A stretch of 64,000 bases of DNA, from NCBI RefSeq assembly GCF_009914755.1, contig NC_060943.1. The stretch is one strand, 5' to 3'. The translations under genes were made by a program, and so were the position numbers. This document shows, in pieces, positions 1-64,000 of this stretch. This DNA is from the human T2T-CHM13v2.0 reference genome, Homo sapiens. The notes beneath the pieces were generated by a model. It searched no databases. It had not been told where the DNA came from and saw only the letters and a list, made by a program, of their open reading frames with translations. Within the stretch, counting starts at the first letter, position 1; each line of letters begins with the position of its first letter.

Positions 1-14
1 CAAAAACAAAACAT

Positions 15-368
<354 letters not shown>

Positions 369-607
369 TTAAAGGCGCCCAGGAATATGCATTTCGAACA
401 AGCTCCCAGGCAGTGCTCCCAGGAGCCACAGTTTCAGAACTATTGCCTTAGAGTAGTGATAGCTGGAAGGAAAAAGTGTCCCCTCAATAGAAATAATGGC
501 TGTCATTTATTAAACACCTACCAACTTCCATGGAAAGTGACTTTGGAAGCTTGGTGCTGCCACAATGGGAGGGGGCTGGAGGGGGTGACAGAGCTCACAC
601 CTACTAA

Positions 608-13749
<13,142 letters not shown>

Positions 13750-13854
13750 CTCCTTCCAGCAGGCAGCTGGCCTCTCCAAGGAATAAGGGTGAAATTGCCA
13801 CAGCTGGCTGACACAGGACAGGGGCAACTGGTTTGGCAACCCCACATCCAGGCC

Positions 13855-13860
13855 AATAAA
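13855..13860 (+). terminator. CPT1C: CPT1C poly(A) signal AATAAA
   Basis: AATAAA ~105 nt after the stop, followed by a GT-rich downstream element (gggtgtgtggtgtctg). Confidence 0.85.
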
Positions 13861-14226
13861 GATGTGTGAGCTGGGTGTGTGGTGTCTGCTATGCTCTTGG
13901 GCAGGGCAGGGGTAGAAGAGGTAAGGACCAGGGTGGAGGAGGACAGAAGCTCCCATCCATTCCCAGGCCCAGCCAGGGATTCCCAGTTGCAGTCACAGCT
14001 TCAACCACAGCCCGCAACACCTGCCCAGTGTACTTCATTTCCAGCTTCACTCATACCAAACCCAACCCTCCAAGGCCAGTGCCAATCAAACACAACCTCA
14101 CAAGTTCTCCTGAGCCTAATTCCTGCTGCCCCAACACCACTGTCCACCTCAAATCCATCTCCAGGCCGGGCGCGGTGGCTCATGTCTGTAATCCCAGAAC
14201 TTTGGGAGGCCAAGGTGGGCGGATCA

Positions 14227-14951
<725 letters not shown>

Positions 14952-14989
14952 TAACGCTGCCATCATTCCAGCAATCAGCAACTCCATGA

Positions 14990-15387
<398 letters not shown>

Positions 15388-15711
15388 TGATCCGCCTGCC
15401 TCGGCCTCCCAAAGTGCTGGGATTACAGGCGTGAGCCACCGCGCCCGGCCAGTGATGACTTTAAACACCATCATCCCCGAGCACACCTTCACTGTGCTCC
15501 ACCACCCCCACCATTACAATCTCCACCAGCCCAACTACAGCCATCAACACCAAACCCAATCACCCACCCCACCAATACCACGGTTCCAACGCGCCATCAA
15601 TCTAACCCTCACTGCTTCTGAGTCAAACAATAATACAACCCAACAACAAAATCAAAATTCTAAATGGCTCAACCTCTACCAGCCCAACCACCCCAGCCAG
15701 ACTGCCAACTC

Positions 15712-16772
<1,061 letters not shown>

Positions 16773-17067
16773 AACTGCAAACACCTCAGCCTCAACCCTC
16801 ATATTCTTTTTTGAAATTTGCTTTTATTTTTATTTATTTTTTTGAGACGGAGTTTTGTTCTCGTTGCCCAGGCTGGAGTGCAATTGCACAGTCTCGGCTC
16901 ACCACAAGCTCCACCTACCCCGGTTCAAGAGATTTTCCTGCCTCAGCCTCTCAAGTTAGCTAGGATTACAGGCAGGCACCACCATGCCCGGTTAATTTTG
17001 TATTTTTAGTAGAGACGGGGTTTCTCCATGTTGGTCGGGCTGGTCTAGAACTCCTGACCTCATGTGA

Positions 17068-17274
<207 letters not shown>

Positions 17275-17277
17275 TGA

Positions 17278-17433
<156 letters not shown>

Positions 17434-17657
17434 TAGTAGAGACGGGGTTTCACCATGTTAGCCAGGATGGTCTCGATCTCCTGACCTCGTGATCCACCCG
17501 CCTCAGCCTCCTAAAGTGCTGGGATTACAGGCGTGAGCCACCGCGCCCGGCCACGACTTTTTTTTTTTGCAAGTAGTCTTTCAAAAATATATTTGGTCCT
17601 CAGGGGTACAGAATTGGATTAATCATAATTGCTGGTCCTTGGCACATACTATTATTA

Positions 17658-19545
<1,888 letters not shown>

Positions 19546-19555
19546 TCCTTTCTTT

Positions 19556-20537
<982 letters not shown>

Positions 20538-21124
20538 TAGCCAGGATGGTCTCGATCTCCTGACCTCGTGATCCGCCCGCCTCGGCCTCCCAAAGTGCTG
20601 GGATTACAGGTGTGAGCCACCACACCCAGCCCAGCCACACCCTTTATAACCTGCCTTGTCACCTGTCTCAGGCCTTTTCTCGTATTTTACTTTTCTGCTC
20701 TTAGTGCCAAAATGCATGCTTATGACGCTTATTTCACTGTTGGACTGGTAGCATTTCTTCTGGCTATTTGAGCAATTTTTGCTATTCTGTATCAGGTAGG
20801 GCACTTTCCTTGTTTTGAATTCTTTATTTTGGAGAGGAACCCCTTTGTTCTGACTCTGGGATGCCGGAGTCACATTGTTCCATAGCCTCAGTTGTGCCTT
20901 TGGGGTTCACTGTTGGCCACCCTCAGGATGCTCCAGGGTTTTCGGCATTTGGTGTGGGGACCCTTGGTGACTGATATCTGGAGGCCCCAGGTCTTTTGGT
21001 ATTTGGTGCCCTGGATTCAGGTTGCGTGGTTGTACTGGTAGCCAGACTCAAATTTGTTTTTTTTGTTGTACGGAGTCTCACTCTGTCGCCCAGGCTGGAG
21101 TGCAGTGGTGCAATGGCTCACTGA

Positions 21125-21437
<313 letters not shown>

Positions 21438-21606
21438 TAGCCGGGATGGTCTCGATCTCCTGACCTCGTGATCCGCCCGCCTCGGCCTCCCAAAGTGCTG
21501 GGATTACAGGCGTGAGCCACCGCGCCCGGCCTAATTTTTTATATTTTTAGTAGAGACGGGGTTTCACCATATTGGCCAGGCTGGTCTTGAACTCCTGACC
21601 TCGTGA

Positions 21607-21879
<273 letters not shown>

Positions 21880-22040
21880 TAGCCTAAAAATAGTTCTTTG
21901 CGGCCAGGTGTGGCGGTCATACCTGTAATTCCAGCAGTTTGGGAGGCCGAGGTGGGTGGATCACAAAGTTAGGAGTTTGAGACCAGCCTGGACAGCATAG
22001 TAAAACCCCGTCTCTACTAAAAATACAAAAAATTAGCTTA

Positions 22041-22184
<144 letters not shown>

Positions 22185-22478
22185 TCAATCGATAAAATAG
22201 AGGACGTGCGCCTCTTTCTGAGTCTGATTTGGCTTTATGTAAGGATAAGTTTGGCCAGTTTTTGGAGAATCCAGTAATTTATTGAAGAGTTTGTTAAGTT
22301 GGCCATGTCCTGTGACCTGACTTGGCATGACTAATGGATATTATTGTCTACCTGCTCTACAGTAGAGGAAAAACAGAGGATTCTAGGCACTCCCCATGAA
22401 ACCACAAATGGAATGGCCACTTGCAATCAAAGCCATGCCATTTATTGGGAGGAGGGAATGCAACCCCAGATTGGCCCC

Positions 22479-22933
<455 letters not shown>

Positions 22934-22936
22934 TGA

Positions 22937-23098
<162 letters not shown>

Positions 23099-23248
23099 TA
23101 GAAGTACAGAGTGTTAGGGCCAGGTGTGGTGGCTCACGCCTATAATCCTAGCATTTTGGGAGGCTGAAGTGGGTGGATCACCTCAGGTCAGGACTTGGAG
23201 CATTTTGGGAGGCTGAAGTGGGTGGATCACCTCAGGTCAGGACTTGGA

Positions 23249-24029
<781 letters not shown>

Positions 24030-24113
24030 TCATCTCAAAAAAACTAAATAGGCTGGGCGCAATGGCTCACACCTGTAATCCCAGCACTTTGAGAGGCCAA
24101 GGCAGGTGGATCA

Positions 24114-24422
<309 letters not shown>

Positions 24423-24540
24423 TCACTCTCTCTTGAGCCTGCCCACATGCCTTTTTCTTGTGTACTTTTTGCTTTGCAATAAGTCTCCTTACTTTCACTA
24501 TCTTCTGACTCATCCTTGAATTCCTTACTTCTCGTGATGA

Positions 24541-24825
<285 letters not shown>

Positions 24826-25169
24826 TGATCCGCCTGCCTCAGCCTCCCAGAGTGCTGGGATTATGGGGGTGGGCCACCATGCCCGGCCAACAATGATGTT
24901 TCTTTTCCTCGCCGTCTTAGACATTGCTTTAGGAAACACTCTCTATTCGAATTATTTATTAGACCTCGCCTGCTCCCATAGGAAACTTCCCAACTAGACG
25001 GCTGTCCCTTTAAAACTGTTTTCCTGCAATGTTACCCACCTGGCCTGGCCTCAGTACTATAATAATACCCATGCCATCTCTCCTACAGGCAATGGTATCT
25101 ACTTTGTACCACTTATTCAATGCCATTTATAGGGCAAGTTTTTTTTTGTTGTTGTTGTTTTTTTTTTAA

Positions 25170-25331
<162 letters not shown>

Positions 25332-25334
25332 TAG

Positions 25335-25481
<147 letters not shown>

Positions 25482-25773
25482 TAAATGCCACACATTTTTG
25501 CCCTGATGGTACCATCAAATACATTTCTTCTTGTCTCCCTGGAGGGTCTTAGTCCCTCTGTAGACAATTATGCCCTTCTCTACTCCCATAGCTGCCTCTC
25601 ATAATAATGGTATTATTTTAAATTACCACTTTCCAGTCAAATTCTTTTTTTCTCTTTTTTTTTTGAGATGGAGTATCACTCTGTTGCCCAGGCTGGAGTG
25701 CAGTGGAGAGATCTTGGCTCACTGCAACCTCCACCTCCTGGGTTTAAATAATTCTCCTGCCTCAGCCTCCTGA

Positions 25774-25992
<219 letters not shown>

Positions 25993-26076
25993 TAGATAAC
26001 AGAGATGCTCAACCTTCTTAACTCCCCTCCCACATGGGTTTGTGCTCCCAATGGATACCTTTGGCTATATGGACGC

Positions 26077-26446
26077 TGTAGTAGTCCGTTGTCACACTGC
26101 TATAAAGACATAGCTGAGACTGGGTAATTTATAAAGAAAAGAGTTTTAATTGACTCACAATTCTGCATGGCTGGGAAGGCCTCAGGAAACTTACAATCAT
26201 GGAGGAAGGGAAAGCAGGCACGTCTCACGTGGTGGCAAGAGAGACAGAGGGGCAAGCGCAGGAACAACTGCCTCATAAAACCATCAGATCTCATGAGAAC
26301 TCACTCACTACCACGAGAACAGTGTGGGGAAAACCACCACCATGATCCAATCACCTCCCGCCTGGATCCTACCTCGACGTGTGCGGATTACGGGCATTAC
26401 AATTTGAGATGAGATTTGGGTGGGGACACAGAGCCAAACCATATCA
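26077..26446 (-). mobile_element. MSTA/THE1D-type MaLR solo LTR inside the env remnant
   Basis: gagactgggtaatttataaagaaaagag...gagatttgggtggggacacagagccaaaccatatca. Confidence 0.75.
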
Positions 26447-26815
26447 GATACCCATTCAGTCAGCCTCCAAATAACTTTTCTTTCATTTGAAATCATAAAA
26501 CCCATGGTTAACAGTGTATTGATAACATTTGTTTCAGGGGTCAATGTATAACAGGACAGGCAAAGCCCTCTAATATACAGTTACATGACATCACTCACCC
26601 AAGTGCTAAGCAGGCAGTTGGCCTTATCTTGGCTGAAGTTGGGGCTGCCATCAACTTGTTGGCCCCATGGGGAGGATTTGCCCATCATGAGGCAACTCTT
26701 CAAAACTTTACTTCTTCACTTAGCCAGGCACGGTGGTTCACACCTGTATTCCCAGCACTTTGGGAGGCCAAGGCAGGTGGATCATGAAATCAGGAGATCG
26801 AGACCGTCCTGACTA

Positions 26816-27061
<246 letters not shown>

Positions 27062-27307
27062 TCATAGACTACAGGACAGTTTAGATAAATTGAGACTGTC
27101 CCTTGATTCTGTAACAGATGTAGTAATGGGTAACAGATTAGCATTAGTCTATCCATGGTCTAATGGAACATTAGTAATTAGTATGGTCAGTGGAACAACT
27201 GTAATTAATAAAACCTGCTGTACCTATATAAACACCTCAGATCAAATGGAGAAAAATATCAACAAGATATACAAACAACTACCTGGCTACCTTCATCATA
27301 CTCAGAC

Positions 27308-27887
27308 TGGTACAGAACAGCTGGGGTCCCGGCTAAACCCTATCCTTAAGCCTGGAACCGCCGCCCTAAGTGAAAACAGCTGACCCCATTTTTCCATCCA
27401 AATGTTGCCTTTTTGGCCTGCCACACCTCTATCCTGTGCCCACAAAAAGACTGCCGCTGGCAGAGCAACACAAGCGGCTGATGGCTGAGCATCAAAGACT
27501 ACGGATAGACACGGCTAACTTCAGATGGCGCAGCTTCAGGGAAAGATCACCTTCTTCCCACACCCTCCCCTGGCCTCCATTCCACTGAGAGCCACTTCCA
27601 TCACCCAATAAAATCCTCCCCATACACTACCCTACAATCTGTTCGTGTGACCTAATTCTTCCTGGACACCAGTCAAGAACCCGGGTGCTGAGAGGGCAGG
27701 GGCTTGGACGCTCCCGCACAGAGCCTGCTCCCACCAGAGAGGAGTGACTGGCCGGCTCCAGCGTTTGTTCCCTTCAGTTCCTGCACTCGCTTGCTCCCAC
27801 GCTCCCTCTCATGAGGAGTCACCAGCAGCAGGCTGAGCCAAAAAAGCCACTCCAGTTCCCGCCCATGAAGAGGATCAAGGTCAAGGT
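27308..27887 (+). mobile_element. ERV1 solo LTR (MER48/MER50-like)
   Basis: cccggctaaaccc...taagcctggaacc...ccctaagtgaaaacagctgacccc; internal AATAAA at ~27607. Confidence 0.5.
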
Positions 27888-28210
27888 GATGTAGGAGTTA
27901 AGACGAAATCACTTAGACTGATAGGGCAAGGGAGTCCTTGGTAAGGCTTTCCTTTTTAATGAAAAGCAGCCCCGAATCATTTTCTAATGAAGAGCGGCTT
28001 GTAAAGTTGAGCTGCAGAGATAGGCATGCAAGCTGGGAGCTTGCCTGGGTGAACGCCGGCCTGGCGGGAACAAGGAACTAGGGACTAGACATGTTCAATA
28101 TGGTGGCTCCATCTTCCCTTCTCTGCCAGCCACGTGTACAGTTAACGAGCAGACAAGAGGGCTCTGGCCATGGGGAGAGTTCATTTACATAATAAGATTA
28201 GGGTGGGGAG
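27887..28210 (+). mobile_element. MER61-like LTR, 5' fragment
   Basis: tgatgtaggagttaag...ggtaaggctttcctttttaatgaaaagcagcccc...gagctgcag...acatgttcaatatgg. Confidence 0.55.
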
Positions 28211-28529
28211 GGCTTGGCTCGGTGGCTCACGCCTGTAATCCCAGCACTTTGGGAGGCCAAGGCGGGTGGATAACCTGAGGTCAGGAGTTCAAGACCAGCC
28301 TGGCCAAAATGGTGAAACCCCATCTCTACTAAAAATACAAAAATTAGCTGGGCATGATGGCGGGTACCTGTAATCCCAGCTACTCGGGAGGCGGAGGTTG
28401 CGGTGAGCCGAGATCGTGCCATTGCACCCCAGCCTGGGCAACAAGAGCGAAACTCTGTCTCAAAAAAAAAAGAAAAGAAAAAAGAAAAAAAGATTAAGGA
28501 GGCCTATATAATGTTTGAGCAGGGAATAA

Positions 28530-31141
<2,612 letters not shown>

Positions 31142-31358
31142 TAGTCAGGATGGTCTCAATTTCCTGACCTCGTGATCCACCCGCCTCGGCCTCCCAAAGT
31201 GCTGGGATTACAGGCGTGAGCCACCGCACCCAGCACAAGTTTCTAATATGAAGGTTTGGGCATCAGTTGAAAATGAGTGGGACTTTGAAACTTGAGGCTG
31301 GGTGCAGTGGCTCGCACCTGTAATCCCAGCACTTTTGGAGGCTGAGGTGGGAGGATCA

Positions 31359-31775
<417 letters not shown>

Positions 31776-32385
31776 TCAGTCTCCTTCAACCATCACTCCA
31801 GTGAAAATACTTTTGTTGCTCAATGCTATAATCAGTTTCCCGGTTCTCATCGTAGCTGACCAACAGAAGCATTTGGAATTGATTGCTCCCTTCTCATCGG
31901 TACATTTTTTCACTGCCTTCAAGGACATCGTCTTATTTTATTTTATTTTATTTTTGAGATGGAGTTTCACTCTTGTCACCCAGGCTGGAGTGCGATTGTG
32001 CAATCTTGGCCCACTGTAATCTCTGCTCCCAGGTTCAAGCAATTATCCTGCCTCAGCCTCCCGAGTAGCGGGGTAGTAGTGGTGCCACCCACCACGCCTG
32101 GCTAATTTTTGTATTTTTAGTAGAGACGGGGTTTCACCATGCTGGCCAGGCTGGTCTCCAACTCCCGACCTCAGGTGATCCGCCCGCCTCGGCCTCCCAC
32201 AGTGCTGGGATTACAGGCGTGAGCCACCGTGCCCGGCCACATCATCTTATTTTGATTCTCCTCCTACTCACTGGTTATTCCTTTTCGTTTTCCACCGTGA
32301 GTTCCATCACTTATTTGATTTTAGGCTTCTGAATTTTGGAGTGCTCTGAAACCTAGGTTGTTCTCTCACTCGCTGTCGCTCTAAG

Positions 32386-36268
<3,883 letters not shown>

Positions 36269-37176
36269 TCAGGAGGCTGAGGCAGGAGAATCTCCTGAAC
36301 CTGGAAGGTGGAGGTTGCAGGTTGCAGTGAGCTGAGATCATGCCACTGCACTCCAGCCTGGGTGACAGAGTGAGACTGTCTCAAAAATAATAAATAAATA
36401 AATAAATAATAAATAAAATAATCTAAAGGATTTGGGAGGTAGCAACTCTGGAATAGACTTGTTATGTGCAATCATTTGTCTCTCCTCCTGTATATACCCC
36501 CGGGAGTACACAGGAACATTCTTTTCATTGAGAAATGAACTAGGGAGGAGTATAAATAAGTGGATGGATGGATGGATGGATGGATCAATCAATAGATCCA
36601 TAGAGTGCTCTCCATTCAACAATTGAAGCACACACATTTTTTTCTCAAGCACACTTATAAAAATTGATCTGTACTAAACCAAAAGAAAGCCCCGATAAAT
36701 TCAATGAACAGGTATCATACAGATCAATGTTTCTGATCACTATGCAATTAGATCTCTAGTTAATGTCAAAAAGAGGAATTTAAAATCCTCATATATGTGG
36801 AAATTTAAATTGTTTTAATTTTTGCTTTTGAGACGGGGTCTTGCTCTGTCACCCAGGCTGGAGTGCAGGGGCGCGATCACAGCTCACTGCAGCCTTGACC
36901 ACCCAGACTCAAGCCATCCTCACACCTCAGCCTCCCTAGTATCTGGGACTATAGGCACGTGCTACCACGGTAAGCTAATTTTTTTTTTATTATTTTTAGC
37001 AGAGACAGGGGTCACTATGATGCACAGGCTGGTCTTGAACTCCCGGGCTCAAGCAATCCTCCCGCCTCGGCCTCCCAAAGTGCTGGGATAAGGTGTGAGC
37101 CACCACACCCGGCTTTCCCTGCATTCCAGGGGACTTGTTTACAGTCTTTTAACTTTGAATTCTTTTGTTGTTTTAA

Positions 37177-37521
<345 letters not shown>

Positions 37522-38207
37522 TAAAACAGCATTGATCTGGATTTAGTGTGTATATGTTTTAATCCATGTTGTCAAACTTTGTCTTTTAACTGGTGAAGTC
37601 TTGTTAATTTACATTTAATGATTAATATAATTGACATTGTTTATCATCTTCATGTATTATATTACTTCAGTTTATCTCTCCCTCCTCAAACCCCAAAATG
37701 TGAATATAATCTAGACTTTAAATTCTTAACTATTGAGGATATATTTTTCTGTTTCTTTTTTTGTTTATTTTTTTTTTTTTGAGACAGAATCTCACTGTCG
37801 CCCAGGCTGGAGTGCAGTGGCGCGATCTCGGCTCACTGCAGGCTCCGCCCCCTGGGGTTCACGCCATTCTGCTGCCTCAGCCTCCCGAGTAGCTGGGACT
37901 ACAGGCGCCCCCCACCTTGCCCGGCTAATTTTTTTGTATTTTTAGTAGAGACGGGGTTTCCCCGTGTTAGCCAGGATGATCTCGATCTCCTGACCTCGTG
38001 ATCCGCCCGCCTCGGCCTCCCAAAGTGCTGGGATTACAGGCGTGAGCCACTGCGCCCGGCCTATTTTTCTGTTTCTTACACTGAAGTTTCATTTTAAGAC
38101 AACAGAAAACTTTATCAAATTATTCTAACCACTTTACTTCATATGTTTCTTGCAATATCTTCTGGATTTGCATTTTTTTCTCTTTATTATTTTATTTTAT
38201 TTTTTGA

Positions 38208-38399
<192 letters not shown>

Positions 38400-38753
38400 T
38401 AGGCTGGTCTCAAACTCCTAACCTCCAGTGATCTGCCTGCCTTGGCCTCCCAAAGTGTCGGGATTACAGGCATGAGCCACTGTGCCCGGCCTATTGCCTC
38501 ATTTTCACCTGAAGAAATTGGCTATTCTGCCAGACACAGAGGGTATTTCCAGGTATATTCTGTCTGTTAGAGAGGGTATTTTTACTTTGAGGAACTGCCA
38601 ATTCCCTATTCTGTCTTTTATGGAGGGAAATATCATAACTCTGTGCTTTCCCTCTGAGCTCAGAGGTGTACTGGCGGGGGAGGGGTATTAAATCTATGGG
38701 TGAAAAGCCCTGGGTATAAAAAAAAACATTGTCCGGCTGGGCACAGTGGCTCA

Positions 38754-39109
<356 letters not shown>

Positions 39110-39920
39110 TGATCCACTCGCCTCAGCCTCCCAAAGTGCTGGGATTATGGGTGTGAGCCACCGCCTCTGGTCCTGGCTGACATCTTGACTCTAACTTCAT
39201 GAGGATCTCAGCCAGGACCTAACCCCAGGAGTGAGGTTAACTGATTGTATTTCTGACCTTCAGAAGTTGAGATACATTTGTTATCTTAAGCAACTAACTT
39301 ATGGGGTATTTTTACACAACAATAGACAACTAATATAGTTATCTAGTAATAATCAGCCTAAAAAATGTTGACTTGACAGACCTATACTATACCACAGAAC
39401 CTTGTTTCTACCACCATTGCCATCTCAAAGAACTGTACCACCACCAGCACCTCTGTGGGGACCACGACATCCTGTTTGCTGAAAATTAAATAAATCACAG
39501 TGGGCTGGGTGTGGTGGTTCACACCTGTAATCCTAGCACTTTGGGAGGCCAAGGCAGACAGATTGCCTGAGCTCAGGAGTTTGAGACCAGCCTGGGCAAC
39601 ATGGGGAAACCTTGTTTCTACTGAAAATACAAAAACTTAGCCAGGCATGATGGTGTGCGAATGTAATCCCAGCTACTCGGGAGGCTGAGACAGGAGAATT
39701 GCTTGAACCCAGGATGTGGAGGTTGCAGTGAGCCGAGATCACACGCACTTCAGCCTGGACGACAGAGTGAGAATCTGTCTCAAAAAGAATAATAAAGTTA
39801 ATTAATTAATTAAAATAAATAAATCACATTGGGCATAGAGGGAGTGCATGGTGTGTGTGCAATTCACTAGGACTCTGGTCCCAAAAAGCAGACAGAATTC
39901 ATGCTAGCATGAGAGGCCAT

Positions 39921-63392
<23,472 letters not shown>

Positions 63393-64000
63393 GGTGTGGG
63401 GGTCTGGCTCCCAGGGAGGGGCTCCTTCCTCTGAGACTTCCTACCTACTGTGACCACAGACCCTCAGGATCCACTGTCCCCTCAGCCTGCCTCACAAAGG
63501 ACCCAACCACTGGGCCCCAGTGAGTGGGGGGCACAGGGTAGGGAGAGATGCTGGCCCAGGTCATTCCCCTAGGGTTCTCAGTGGACTCCTCCTGTTCAGG
63601 ATTCTAGTTACATGCCCAATGTGCCCCCCGTCTTCAGAGCTCCAGTGGATGGATTCATGCTAGCCTGTAACTTAACAATGGGTCGGCCCACGGATTCTTG
63701 GGAGAGGTCCAACTTCCCTCTCCCTGAGACTAAGCGTGGGGTCACACAGCCCTGTGCACTTGTTCTTGATTCTTCATGTAGCTTCCTGGATTTGACAATT
63801 GGCTGGGGTTTGAGAGACTGTGGTCGAAGAGGGCTGAGATCCAGACCCTGACCTGGAGGGTCTCATATTCTATGGGGCGTCGGGGTCGGGGGAAAGGCAA
63901 TATACAGGTAGATCAACAAAAGAAAGCTAGGTGCGGTGGGCCTCGGGGTCAGGGTAGAAGGTGAGGGAGGAGAGGAAGGTAGAGAGTTGGGGCAGGACAG

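Noticed and set aside
27090-27383. 97-aa Env TM-like ORF as a syncytin or suppressyn-like gene
   Set aside because: It has no ATG or signal peptide, its immunosuppressive domain and CX6CC motif are disrupted, and it runs into an inserted LTR.
63393-64000. TSKS core promoter elements
   Set aside because: The promoter must lie here, but I could not see a convincing TATA, CRE or other motif to annotate.

Overview
Primate (most likely human, 19q13.33) genomic DNA that is extremely Alu-rich. The + strand carries the 3' part of CPT1C: 16 coding exons at 733-13749, codons ~94-803, poly(A) signal at 13855, with the 5' exons upstream of the window. The - strand carries the complete 11-exon TSKS coding sequence (63392 to 39921, 592 aa), converging tail-to-tail with CPT1C. 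The ~26 kb between the genes is almost all nested transposable elements. An old ERVL/LTR33-type element is interrupted by a decayed two-LTR MER66/HERV-V-like provirus with gag and envV-like remnants. That provirus in turn hosts a full-length RPS9 processed pseudogene, solo LTRs (LTR22-, THE1/MST-, MER48/50- and MER61-like) and many Alus. There are several minisatellites: MSR1-type, a CT-rich 22-24-mer present in both genes, and an almost pure AT tract. I found no convincing new biological system. The best leads are the HERV-V-like provirus, repeat- or intron-encoded alternative isoforms of both genes, a stop codon built into the TSKS poly(A) signal, and a probable cap-derived G in the RPS9 retrocopy. 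Exon boundaries were read from GT/AG junctions and frame continuity. Repeat family names and residue numbers rely on recalled reference sequences, not database searches.
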